From: an uncultured Gemmatimonadota bacterium
GTDB taxonomy: Bacteria; Blakebacterota; Blakebacteria; Blakebacterales; Blakebacteraceae
Length of the DNA: 64,000 nucleotides
Assembly (NCBI GenBank): GCA_964576115.1
Contig: CAZNUA010000016.1
Location: 1 to 64,000, forward strand
Direction of reading: 5' to 3'
In this document: positions 9,459-18,678 of the stretch, piece by piece
Position numbering within the stretch: position 1 is the first letter of the stretch
Layout of the letters: each line of letters starts with the position of its first letter
The notes under the pieces: generated by a model
What the model saw: only the letters and a program-made list of their open reading frames with translations
What the model was told of the DNA's origin: nothing
Databases searched by the model: none
Made by a program: the position numbers and the translations under genes

Positions 9459-10159
9459 GTCAGGTAGCTGCAGCCCATTTTCTTCACGAAGATCTCGCGG
9501 GCGACCTCAGCATCCAGGGCCACCTGGGTTTCGCCCAGATCGAGGATCCAGGAGGGCTGGCGCTGGTGCAGCCGGAAGGTGGTGCCGGGAATGAGCCCGA
9601 TCGTGGAGAGCCGATCGAGGTGTTTGGGCACCTCGGTGGACATGAATACGACTTTAGCCACGTCGCCCGGGCTCAGATCGGTCAGCCGGGTCACGATCGG
9701 CTTCACGTCAGCCTGGAATTTCGCACAGCACGCCCCGCGGGGGATCGGACGGCCGTGCGGGCAGACCGGCGGATGTCCGAGCAGGGTACAGACGCTGTCG
9801 GTGACTTCGGGACTCAGGATGTGTTCGAACTCGCAGGCACTCTGCTCGTACTGATCTTCTTCGAGCAGGAAGACTTCGCTCAACAGGCATTCGGCCAGTC
9901 GGTAGCGGCGCACCAGATCACCCGCCGCCGCTTTCCCGGCCCCGGTCAGTCGCAGATCTTCCCCGTTCTCTTCGATCAGCCCCTCTTCGATGAGAGCGGC
10001 GATGATCGGTCGGGGATCGTCATTGTGCACCCAGCGCTCATGCACGGTGACAGTCCGCTGGTCGCCCTCCTCTTCGAGCGACCAGAGCAGGTGGAGCAGG
10101 TGTTCCCGTTCCCGCTCTTCGGGGGTGGGCCAGGCGTTGTATCCGAACCGGTGTGGCAT
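9455..10159 (-). CDS. DtxR/MntR family metal-dependent regulator fused to a FeoA domain
   Basis: RRYRLAE, ACEFEHIL, LGHPPVCPHGRPIP; C-terminal SH3-like FeoA (LTDLSPG...RLSTIGLIPG). Confidence 0.88.
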   Translation of the reverse strand: MPHRFGYNAWPTPEEREREHLLHLLWSLEEEGDQRTVTVHERWVHNDDPRPIIAALIEEGLIEENGEDLRLTGAGKAAAGDLVRRYRLAECLLSEVFLLEEDQYEQSACEFEHILSPEVTDSVCTLLGHPPVCPHGRPIPRGACCAKFQADVKPIVTRLTDLSPGDVAKVVFMSTEVPKHLDRLSTIGLIPGTTFRLHQRQPSWILDLGETQVALDAEVAREIFVKKMGCSYLT

Positions 10160-10210
10160 GATCTCAGGGCTCCTCCTCCGACATGATATACCTGTCGAAA
10201 CCGCGGCGCA

Positions 10211-12151
10211 TCATGTCAACCACCCCGTAGTCCGCAGCAGCAGGTTCAAAAGGGCTCCGACCGCGATCGCGACAGGAATGATGAAGGCGACCATTCCGAC
10301 CGCGACCTTCCAGCCCTGTTCCTTGATGATGATGAGGAACTGGGCGATGCAGGGCATGAAGAGCGTCATGGTGACCAGAGCCACCAGGGTCTGCACCGGA
10401 TCGAGCCGGCCGGCGGCGTGCAGGTCGTAGAGACCGGCCGCGCCATAGTCGCGCCTCAAGAAGCCGATCAGGAAAGCTCCGGTGCTCTCGGCGGGCAGGT
10501 CGAGCAGGCCCTGCAGAATGGGGGCGACGCCCCGTTCGATCACGGTGAGCAGACCGGTGACATCCAGAAGGAACAGAATGAAGGTCCCCGCCACAAAGAT
10601 CGGCACGGCCTCCTTCAGGTACCATTCGATCCGGGCTCCTGTCTTGACCACAAGGTTCCCCGGCCGGGGCATGCGCAGGGGGGGCAGCTCGAGAATGAAA
10701 TCGGCCGTTTCCCCCGGCAGGACCCGGGCCGCAAGCCAGCCGACGGTAAAGAGGACACCGATGACGACGACCCCCCAGATCGCCAGCGCGAGCGGGCCGA
10801 CTCCCCCCAGCAGGCCGAGAATGACTCCCAGCTGAGCCGAGCAGGGTACCCCGAGGGCGAGCAGCAGGGTGACGATGAGGCGCTGTTTGCGCGTCTCCAT
10901 GATCCGGGCCGTCAGGGTAGCCATGGTGTCACAGCCCAGTCCCAGGGCCATGGGAAGCACGGCTTTGCCGCTCAATCCCATCCGCCGGAAGAGACGGTTG
11001 AGCATCACCGCCAGACGCGGCATGTAGCCGGAGTCTTCGAGCAGACCGAAGAAGATGAAGAACGCCCCGACAATGGGCAGAACGATGGCGATCGCATAGG
11101 TCAGGGCCATGGTGATGAGCCCGAAGTCCCCGACCAGAAAATCACGCAGGATCCCGATCGGGATGAGCTGGTCGGCCAGACGGGCCAGGGCGGGATTGAT
11201 GAGCCCTTCAAAGAGCGTTTTCTGAAGCAGATCGACCAGCAGACCCGCTCCCAGCAAACCCACGATCAGCCAGGCGAGAACGAGTGCCAGGGCCATGAAG
11301 GGCAGCCCCAACACGGGGTGGATGCTCCAGCGGGAAATCCGCTGGAGCCAGGCCGGGGTTCCGAGCCGTTCCCGAACTTGCAGCACTTCGGCCAGAACCC
11401 GGTCCACGGCCGCCATCCGGGCGCGGTTGATCGCCAGACGGGCTCCGCCGGGAAACTCCCGGCCCAGCCGGTCGGCGATCTCGTTGATAGTCACGATCGC
11501 CCCGGCCCCGACGGTGTGCATCAGCCATGCGGTCAGGGTTTCGTCTCCGGCAGCGAGCATCAGAGCCACCGCCCGGGGCTTCAGGGGCAGATCGGTGGGG
11601 AGCAGGGCCTCGATCTCTGATACGGCCCGGTCGATCGAGAGAGGATAGGTGCAGCTCCAGGCGCTCGGGACGGCCCGACCGACGGCTTCCTGCAGGGCGC
11701 CCAGACCCCGTTTCTGGGTGGCCACGGTCCGCACCACCGGCACGCCGAGGAGCTGGCTGAGACGGTCGGTGTCGACCCCGATCCCGGCGGTGCGGGCCTC
11801 ATCGGCCATATTCAGGTCGAGGGTGAAAGGCAGCCCCATCTCGGCCAGCTGCAGGGTGATGAGCAGAACCCGGCGCAGGTTCTTCATGTCCCCGACCTGG
11901 ACCACCGCCGAACCCTCCCCGGTCAGGAGCATGTCGCGTGTAACCTGTTCGTCCTCGGATTGCGGTACCAGGGTGTTGATCCCGGGGGTGTCGACGATTT
12001 CCCGCTCTCGACCGGCGATGACGGTCGAGCCCCGGGTGACCTCGACGGTCGTGCCGGGATAGTTGGAAACCGTGACATAACGCCCGGTCAGAGCGCCGAA
12101 AACAGCGCTCTTGCCCACGTTCGGATTGCCGACCAGCAGAAGGGCGTCCAT
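10211..12151 (-). CDS. feoB: ferrous iron transport protein B
   Basis: GNPNVGKS, NYPGTTVE, DTPG, LNMADE G-domain motifs; LEDSGYMPR, GLGC, PCSAQ gate motifs. Confidence 0.95.
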   Translation of the reverse strand: MDALLLVGNPNVGKSAVFGALTGRYVTVSNYPGTTVEVTRGSTVIAGREREIVDTPGINTLVPQSEDEQVTRDMLLTGEGSAVVQVGDMKNLRRVLLITLQLAEMGLPFTLDLNMADEARTAGIGVDTDRLSQLLGVPVVRTVATQKRGLGALQEAVGRAVPSAWSCTYPLSIDRAVSEIEALLPTDLPLKPRAVALMLAAGDETLTAWLMHTVGAGAIVTINEIADRLGREFPGGARLAINRARMAAVDRVLAEVLQVRERLGTPAWLQRISRWSIHPVLGLPFMALALVLAWLIVGLLGAGLLVDLLQKTLFEGLINPALARLADQLIPIGILRDFLVGDFGLITMALTYAIAIVLPIVGAFFIFFGLLEDSGYMPRLAVMLNRLFRRMGLSGKAVLPMALGLGCDTMATLTARIMETRKQRLIVTLLLALGVPCSAQLGVILGLLGGVGPLALAIWGVVVIGVLFTVGWLAARVLPGETADFILELPPLRMPRPGNLVVKTGARIEWYLKEAVPIFVAGTFILFLLDVTGLLTVIERGVAPILQGLLDLPAESTGAFLIGFLRRDYGAAGLYDLHAAGRLDPVQTLVALVTMTLFMPCIAQFLIIIKEQGWKVAVGMVAFIIPVAIAVGALLNLLLRTTGWLT

Positions 12152-12154
12152 ACC

Positions 12155-13174
12155 CTACTCCCACTTGCAGAGATGCACCGCCCCCTCCCGGATCCGTTCG
12201 GGCAGATCGGGCCAGGTCAGGCGCACATCGCTGTGGGTGATGGTGAAACCGCGCCGGAGCAGGATATCGCGGGCGGCGGCGAAGCGGGTCGGCACCCGCA
12301 CGATCAGAGCGTCGAAATGAGTGGCGAGCAGCCAGCGTCCGAGAGCATCGAGAAATTCTTCCAGGCGCCGGTCGCGTTCGTAGTCGGCGTCGACCGGCAG
12401 CATGAGCAGGGTGTTGATCCGCACCGTACCGGCAATCTCCTCCCGGGCATAGGGACGGGTATGGGCGATGGCGAAACCGGTCAGCTCCCCGCCCCGGCGG
12501 GCCATCAGAACCTCTCCCATCCCGCAGGCCAGTGTTTCTTCGGCCTCCCGGCGGTAATCGAGCCCCGGGCTGATCGCATCGGACATGCGGGCCACCGCGG
12601 CCAGCAGCGGCTCTCTTTCGGGCGCCGGCAATCCCGAGAGTGATTCGGCAACGGTTCCGGCCGTTCCGGCGAACAGACTGTCGGCTGCGGACCGGGAAGA
12701 ATCGTTCGTAAAGGAGCGGCTCAGGTCGAGGGTCATCTGCTCGAAACGCATGCCCAGCCGGCTGTAGAACTGCAAGTTCCGATAGGAGCGGGGCATCGTT
12801 TCCAGACCCAGGGTCGCGACCCCGGCGGCACGCAGGGTCTGTTCGGAGGTCTCGACCAGACGCTGGCCCAGACCCTGTCCCTGGGCCGGAGGAAGAACCG
12901 CGATCGGGCCCAGCCAGGCGGTCGAACCCCAGCGGCAGGCCAGGCAGAAACCGACGATCCCGCCGCGCCCGGCGGCGACGAAGCTGTAGCCGGGCGATCG
13001 GGTCAGGTAAAAGGAAAGGAGTTCGTCGCTCATGGTGGGCAGCCGGATCTGCTTCAGGCCCATGCGCCGGTTCTCATCCTCGAAAGCCGTTCCGAGGATG
13101 CGGCGGACGCGTCCGGCGTCCGCGGCTTCGATCCCGCGGATCGTCAGAGAGGCAGACCCAGCTCGTCGACCCAT
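12155..13174 (-). CDS. GNAT family N-acetyltransferase (two-domain)
   Basis: AVLPPAQGQGLG acetyl-CoA motif, FYSRLG; second degenerate GNAT half; start ATG 13174 or CTG 13147. Confidence 0.82.
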   Translation of the reverse strand: MGRRAGSASLTIRGIEAADAGRVRRILGTAFEDENRRMGLKQIRLPTMSDELLSFYLTRSPGYSFVAAGRGGIVGFCLACRWGSTAWLGPIAVLPPAQGQGLGQRLVETSEQTLRAAGVATLGLETMPRSYRNLQFYSRLGMRFEQMTLDLSRSFTNDSSRSAADSLFAGTAGTVAESLSGLPAPEREPLLAAVARMSDAISPGLDYRREAEETLACGMGEVLMARRGGELTGFAIAHTRPYAREEIAGTVRINTLLMLPVDADYERDRRLEEFLDALGRWLLATHFDALIVRVPTRFAAARDILLRRGFTITHSDVRLTWPDLPERIREGAVHLCKWE

Positions 13175-14004
13175 CGGTTTCCTGCCAGCAATCCCTGAAT
13201 GTTACCCACGTCGAGTCCCCGTCCTTCACAGAGCACGCCGTCGAGCCGGTTGTCGACGACGAGTTCCTGCAGCAGGGGAACGTCATCCTTCTCGCCGAAG
13301 CGGTCGGGACCGAGCCGCTCGAGGCGCGCAAAGACATCGGGAAGGTAGATATGCCGGGGACAGGCCTTGATCGTGCGTTCCCCCGGATCGAGTGGAAAGG
13401 AGCCCTCCCCCTTCTCCTGCAGAGCCCGCACCCGGTAGCGCTCGCCGTTCAGCGGTTCGAGTTCGACCCCGCCGTTGTTCCCGAACAGGTGCGCATGCCG
13501 GCCCTCGAGGGTCATCAGGCCCTGCAGGTGAGTCGGTTCGGCCTCGAAGGCGGTACGCAGGGCGTGTATCGGATTCGCCCCCCACCAGACGTAATCGGGC
13601 AGGAGCAGGGCAAAGGGCCGCTGCCTCACGACCGACCGGGCCTGCAGGATAGCTCCCCCCAGACCGTCGGGGGGATCCTGGACGACAAAGGAGAAGGACA
13701 CCCGTTGCTGCAGCGCCGCCAGGCGGGCCTCGGGATCGATGCCGTCCACAGCTGCCCCGGCCCCTTTCGGAAGCCCCCGGGGATCGGCCGGTTCGGTGAA
13801 GTAGCGACGGATGATATCCTTGCCCGGTGCGATCACCACCACGATTTCCTCGATCCCGGCTGCGGCGGCTTCCTCGACCGCATAGTGGATCATCGGCAGG
13901 CCGCCGATCGGGAGCATCTCTTTGGGCACCGTTCGGCTCAGGGGGTAGAAACGGGTGCCGCGCCCCGCGGCAGGAATGAGAGCCAGATGAAGGGCTTCGC
14001 TCAC
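13144..14004 (-). CDS. galU: UTP--glucose-1-phosphate uridylyltransferase family
   Basis: IPAAGRGTRFYP...PKEMLP, QDPPDGLGGA, LLLPD, EK, DVGN motifs. Confidence 0.8.
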   Translation of the reverse strand: MSEALHLALIPAAGRGTRFYPLSRTVPKEMLPIGGLPMIHYAVEEAAAAGIEEIVVVIAPGKDIIRRYFTEPADPRGLPKGAGAAVDGIDPEARLAALQQRVSFSFVVQDPPDGLGGAILQARSVVRQRPFALLLPDYVWWGANPIHALRTAFEAEPTHLQGLMTLEGRHAHLFGNNGGVELEPLNGERYRVRALQEKGEGSFPLDPGERTIKACPRHIYLPDVFARLERLGPDRFGEKDDVPLLQELVVDNRLDGVLCEGRGLDVGNIQGLLAGNRWVDELGLPL

Positions 14005-14282
14005 CGGTTCGCTCTTCCGCTTTCCGGCCCGAACCGTTCGCGGCTGATCCGCTGGAGCCGGGGCAGATAGATCAGATCGAAGGTCTCGCCCGAGCCGGGG
14101 AACAGATCGAGGGCATGCCGGCGGGTGCCGTCGATGACAGACAGAGCTTCGCCCCGGGTGCGGACCTGGGTGGCGATGGTCTGCGAGGCCAGCGCCACGA
14201 CCCGCTGCAGGGCACGCAGACGGCGGTTCTCATCGAGTATGTCGGAACGGTTCACCGCGTTGTTCTCAAGCATGACAGGCAC
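14001..14282 (-). CDS. small hypothetical protein
   Basis: 93 aa helical ORF (LFPG..TFDLIYLPRL), GTGA-coupled to galU; start 14282 or 14273. Confidence 0.7.
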   Translation of the reverse strand: MPVMLENNAVNRSDILDENRRLRALQRVVALASQTIATQVRTRGEALSVIDGTRRHALDLFPGSGETFDLIYLPRLQRISRERFGPESGRANR

Positions 14283-14363
14283 AACCTAGAAACGGCTTCG
14301 AGGGGGTGAAAGGAAAATCGGAGGAATATGGTCCGGTTTAATTCCTTTCCGGATTCACTCCGG

Positions 14364-15227
14364 TTATTTCAGGGCCCGCCGCAGATCGGCCATGAGGTCG
14401 GAGGTATGCAGGGAAAGCCCGATCATCCAGAAGTTATTGGCCCTCCGGGAGTTTCTGAACCCGCCGTACGAGATGTGGAGCTGATCGTTGATAGCCGAGA
14501 CGCCGATCGAGTACAGCACGCTTTTACGCCCCCCGATCGTGGCATAGGCGAAGGACACAGCCGGGAATCCGATCCGGTCGAGGGCTCGCCAGAACCTGTT
14601 GTTCGAGACCCGGTAGTAGCGGAAGGCAAACCCGGCCGAAGCCGTCAGGGTGGCTTCACCCGAGACGGGAAAGACGACCGAGACCGGGGTCGAGAGGGCC
14701 AGTCGGGCGCCGAAGGAGGGCACGACCCGCAAGGTGACCGGATGATCGACGAGCCGGCCGCTGTCGGCGGCGCGGCACTGCAGGACGATTTCGTCTCCGG
14801 GACGGAAAGTTCCCGACCAGATCCAGAGTCCATCGACGGCATCGGCCGGCGTCAGATCGGTGTGAATCCACTTCCGGGTGCCGCTTTCCCACTCCTGCAC
14901 CCCCGGGACTTCGATCGGAACCCGCTCGCCGTCCTCTATGGCGTATACCTCGAGCCGCCAGGCCCTGACCCCTGCTTCTTCAGCCTCTGCGACCCGGACG
15001 TGCAGATCCGCCTGTGCCGGAAGCCAGTCACCCGAAGCGAGCGGGGTTCGCCGCTCCTCGAGGCGGCTGCTCACGATCAGGGCGGGAGCCGGTTCGGAAC
15101 CCGCCCCGGCGGCCCGAGGTGCAACCGGGTTCGCTGTCTGGGCAGTGAGGGTACGCGGTGGGCAGAGGAACAGAATACAAAGGCCGAGCTGGCCGCAGAA
15201 GGCCGGGAGACCGTGGGATTTTGACAT
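14364..15227 (-). CDS. exported hypothetical protein, C-terminal beta-rich possible outer-membrane domain
   Basis: ATG 15227 in TGATG overlap with upstream gene; signal-like N-terminus ending LTA-Q; alternating aromatic beta strands. Confidence 0.65.
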   Translation of the reverse strand: MSKSHGLPAFCGQLGLCILFLCPPRTLTAQTANPVAPRAAGAGSEPAPALIVSSRLEERRTPLASGDWLPAQADLHVRVAEAEEAGVRAWRLEVYAIEDGERVPIEVPGVQEWESGTRKWIHTDLTPADAVDGLWIWSGTFRPGDEIVLQCRAADSGRLVDHPVTLRVVPSFGARLALSTPVSVVFPVSGEATLTASAGFAFRYYRVSNNRFWRALDRIGFPAVSFAYATIGGRKSVLYSIGVSAINDQLHISYGGFRNSRRANNFWMIGLSLHTSDLMADLRRALK

Positions 15228-15643
15228 CACTCTTTGAACGGTCCCCTCTTTTTGGCCTCCTCTTCGCGCTTCGCGTCCTCCTCGGTCCATTCGGCGAACT
15301 CGTGCAGACGTTCGATCTGCTCCTTGAGCAGTTCGGCCGGGATAAAGCCCTCGATGGCGGGCGGCAGCATCTTTCCCTTCGGCTTCATGAACAGGTACAT
15401 GATGCTGCCGATCGATTCCTCATCGAAGAAGTTGCGGACGATCCGGGGTACGTCTTCCATGTAGGCCAGGCTGAAGATACACCAGTCGGCGCCGGTGGAA
15501 CGGAAGGTGTCCTCGATGGCCATGTAATCCTGCATGCTCACCAGGGTCTTGTCCACGAAGGCCACCACACACGGTTTCTCGGCGCGGAGAATGATCTTCT
15601 CGAACATACTGTCGCTGCGCGGGTGGACGATCAGTACTTCCAC
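15227..15643 (-). CDS. thioredoxin-fold-like protein lacking CxxC
   Basis: FEKIILRAEKPCVVAF resembles thioredoxin helix1-beta2; IEGFIPAELLKEQI resembles the Trx C-terminal helix; AGGAGG upstream. Confidence 0.55.
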   Translation of the reverse strand: MEVLIVHPRSDSMFEKIILRAEKPCVVAFVDKTLVSMQDYMAIEDTFRSTGADWCIFSLAYMEDVPRIVRNFFDEESIGSIMYLFMKPKGKMLPPAIEGFIPAELLKEQIERLHEFAEWTEEDAKREEEAKKRGPFKE

Positions 15644-15669
15644 TCCTCAACCTCCTGCGTCTGCCAGCC

Positions 15670-16065
15670 TCACGGTTTGATCGGGTTGGGATTGCCGCGG
15701 TCTTCACCGGCAGGAGCGATGAGACGTTCCTGCCCGGTTCCGGCTGGAGTGTACTCCCTCTCGATGACTCTGATCCAGGGACGGTTGCCGCCGCAGGCAT
15801 TACGGGCGCGTTCGAACCGGTATTCGTAGTTCTTCCCCGCGACGGGGTAATCAAAATAGGTCCAGTATTCGAAGTCGGAAATGGGACCTTCGATGTACTG
15901 GATGTCGTCGGGTTCGCCCATCTGATTGCGCACGTCTTCCCGATCGTCCCGGTCTCCCCCGCACCCCACCGCCACCGACACGAGCAGGAGAACGAGCAGG
16001 CCCGTGCGTACCGGCTGGTGTCGGGCCGGGACCGGGGGATCGATCTGTATCGTCTGTGTGGTCAT
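15670..16065 (-). CDS. lipoprotein, BamE/SmpA-like motif
   Basis: ATG 16065 with GGGAGGAG upstream; lipobox VAVG-C; VRNQMGEPD...EYWTY. Confidence 0.6.
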   Translation of the reverse strand: MTTQTIQIDPPVPARHQPVRTGLLVLLLVSVAVGCGGDRDDREDVRNQMGEPDDIQYIEGPISDFEYWTYFDYPVAGKNYEYRFERARNACGGNRPWIRVIEREYTPAGTGQERLIAPAGEDRGNPNPIKP

Positions 16066-16159
16066 GGGTACCGTACGACTCCTCCCGCCGACGTTCTTTG
16101 GCGAGTCAGCGCAGTTTACGGATCGGGCTCCGCGGCCGCAAGCCCCCCTTGAGATACGC

Positions 16160-17407
16160 TCAGTTACCGGTTCCGCCCTGTCGGCGAACCCGCAATAACC
16201 GGATCGCCCGGGGGGTGGCATCGAGGATTTCGAACTCCCAGGCACCGAGGGTGACGAGTTCCCCCGCCGGCGGGATGCGGCCCAGCGCAGTGATCAGATA
16301 GCCCCCGATCGTTTTCGACTCCCCGGCCGGCAGTTCGGTTCCCAGCGATCGCTGTACCCGGGCCAGAGTAGTGCGGGCACTCAGGGTAATCCATTCCTGC
16401 CCGACTTCGGGCAGTGGTTCGGTGACGGCATCGAACTCATCCCTGATCTCACCGACGATTCGTTCCAGGGTATCCTCGAGGGTGACGATCCCCGTCGCCC
16501 CGCCGTATTCGTCCACAACCACCGCCTGGTGCACCCGGCTCTGCTTCATCTCGAGAACGAGTTGCTGCAGTCCCTTCGACTCGGGCACGTAATAGGCCGG
16601 CACCATCAGCTCGCTCACCGGCGTTCCCGGTTCGATACCGAGCAGGTCGAAGACGTAGAGCAGACCCACGATGTTATCGATCCGTTCGCGAAAAACGGGG
16701 ATCCGGGAATGCCCCCGCTCTACGATCCGGGGCAGAATCTCACCGACGCGATCGTGCTCGCCCAGAGCGAACACCTCCACCAGGGGGACCATGATCTCTT
16801 CCACCGTCATCTCGGAAAAATGGAAGGCCCGACGGATCATCTGCCAGCCTTCGCTCTGCAGTACTCCCAGCCGCCTGCCCTCTCCCATCATGTGCTGCAG
16901 TTCTTCCCGGGTCACTGCGAGTCCCCGGTCGTCCTCGGCCGAGCCCAGTATCCGGAGCAGGAGCGAAACCGCCCCATCGGCAAGCCGGACGAAGGGACCG
17001 AAGAGCAGGCGGAAGCCGTTGAGCGAGGGAGCGATCGCCAGGCAGAGCGGATCGGCCCAGTACCGGAAGACGGTCTTCGGATAGATCTCGCCGAACATGA
17101 GAATGAGGGGGGTGATGACCGCGGTCGAGAGAAGCGCCTCGTAGCCGGGCAGAAGCTGGTTGAAGAGCACGGTCGCGGCCGAAGCCGTCATGACGTTGCA
17201 GAAATTGGTTCCGAGCAGGGTGGTCGTAATCATTTCCCGCAACCGATCGAGTACTTCGAGCACCCTGGCGGCCGCCCGCCGACCTCCCCGCGCGAGATGG
17301 TGCATACGCAGGCGGTTGCAGGAGATCAGAGCAATCTCGGCTCCCGAAAAGAAGGCCGAGCCGATCAGACCGACGGCTATCAGCAGGATCAACGCCGCCG
17401 GGTTCAT
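16160..17407 (-). CDS. CNNM (DUF21)-CBS-CorC family transporter/hemolysin-like protein
   Basis: AFFSGAEIAL, GEIYPK, HSRIPV, VVDEYG; ATG 17407 in ATGA overlap. Confidence 0.92.
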   Translation of the reverse strand: MNPAALILLIAVGLIGSAFFSGAEIALISCNRLRMHHLARGGRRAAARVLEVLDRLREMITTTLLGTNFCNVMTASAATVLFNQLLPGYEALLSTAVITPLILMFGEIYPKTVFRYWADPLCLAIAPSLNGFRLLFGPFVRLADGAVSLLLRILGSAEDDRGLAVTREELQHMMGEGRRLGVLQSEGWQMIRRAFHFSEMTVEEIMVPLVEVFALGEHDRVGEILPRIVERGHSRIPVFRERIDNIVGLLYVFDLLGIEPGTPVSELMVPAYYVPESKGLQQLVLEMKQSRVHQAVVVDEYGGATGIVTLEDTLERIVGEIRDEFDAVTEPLPEVGQEWITLSARTTLARVQRSLGTELPAGESKTIGGYLITALGRIPPAGELVTLGAWEFEILDATPRAIRLLRVRRQGGTGN

Positions 17408-18678
17408 CGGGCTTCCCATTCCACCCGCAGCCAGAGCACGCGGGTGGGCCGGGCCGAGAGGATGCGGATCCGGAAGGGTCCCAGGGAAAGATCTTCACCG
17501 GCGGCGGGAATGCGCCCCAAACGGTTGGTCAGCCACCCCCCGACCGTTTCGGCATGCTCGTCGCTGAGCCGGTAACCGATCCGGGCGGCGAAAGCCTCCA
17601 GCTCCATGCCGGCATACACGACCGCCGCCTCGGGGGCGACCAGTTTGAAGGGAGCTTCTTCCTGGTCGCGGGAATCGGCAATATCACCGACGATCTCCTC
17701 GAGCAGGTCCTCCATGGTAATGACCCCGGCGGTGGAACCGAACTCGTCGATGACAACCGCAAAATGCAGCTGCCGGCGCCGGAACTCGGCCAGTAGATCG
17801 ACCGCCTTCATGCTCTCGGGCACATAATATGGCTCCCGCACGAGACCCGGCGCCTCGCGGGATTCGTCCACCCGGGTTCCGAGCTCGAGCAGGTCCTTGG
17901 CATAACAGATCCCGGTGATGTGATCGAGATCCTCGCCGATGACCGGCAGCCGGCTGAATCCGCTCGCCCGGAAGCGATCGAGCCACTGCCCGGGCGGCAT
18001 CCGGGCCGACAGGGCGATAACTTCGACCCGCGGGGTCATGACTTCACCGACGGTGTGCTCTTCGAGCCCGATGATGTTGTTGATGACTTCCCGTTCGAAG
18101 GCATCCACCACCCCGCTCGTATGCCCCATATCCACCGCGGTGGCGAGCTCGCCGCTCGAGAGATGGGGGTGGTCCGGCACCAGTCCCCCGGTCAGGGTGA
18201 AGAGCAGCTCGTTGGCCCGCTCGAGTATCACACGCACCGGCGTTATCAGAACCATGAAAGCCGCCAGGGGAGCGCCGATGAACCGGGCCAGTTTCTCGTC
18301 GTACTCCAGGGCATACGATTTCGGCACGATCTCACCGAAGAAGAGGATCAGGGCAGTCATGACGACCGTCGTCCAGACAACGGCGCGGCCGCTGGCCGCC
18401 TCTTCAGCCCCCCCCGGCAGAAGCCCGATCACCACCATTGCTCCAAGCGAGGCGGCGGCGATGTTCACCAGGGTATTGCCGACCAGGATACTGACCAGCA
18501 ACCGACGCGGCTCGGCGAGCAGGCGCGATACCCGGCGTTCGGCGATCCGCTCCGATGACCCCATCGCGGTCTGCCTGGCACGGGAAATACTGAAGAGAGC
18601 GGTCTCCGAGGAGGAGAAAAAACCCGAGAGGACAAGCAGAACACCGAGGAAGATCAGGTGCCAGGTCAGCGGGCTCAG
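17404..18678 (-). CDS. second CNNM (DUF21)-CBS-CorC family protein, probable CTG start
   Basis: GEIVPK, MTPRVEV, FSRLPV, VIDEFG; the frame continues 38 codons upstream of ATG 18564 encoding TM1 LIFLGVLLVLSGFFSSSETALFS with no ATG/GTG/TTG. Confidence 0.88.
   Translation of the reverse strand: MSPLTWHLIFLGVLLVLSGFFSSSETALFSISRARQTAMGSSERIAERRVSRLLAEPRRLLVSILVGNTLVNIAAASLGAMVVIGLLPGGAEEAASGRAVVWTTVVMTALILFFGEIVPKSYALEYDEKLARFIGAPLAAFMVLITPVRVILERANELLFTLTGGLVPDHPHLSSGELATAVDMGHTSGVVDAFEREVINNIIGLEEHTVGEVMTPRVEVIALSARMPPGQWLDRFRASGFSRLPVIGEDLDHITGICYAKDLLELGTRVDESREAPGLVREPYYVPESMKAVDLLAEFRRRQLHFAVVIDEFGSTAGVITMEDLLEEIVGDIADSRDQEEAPFKLVAPEAAVVYAGMELEAFAARIGYRLSDEHAETVGGWLTNRLGRIPAAGEDLSLGPFRIRILSARPTRVLWLRVEWEAR

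Noticed and set aside
10164-10214. 16-codon mini-ORF MMRRGFDRYIMSEEEP between feoB and the DtxR-like gene
   Set aside because: ATGA-coupled to feoB but too short to support; its purine-rich end is explained as the RBS of the next gene
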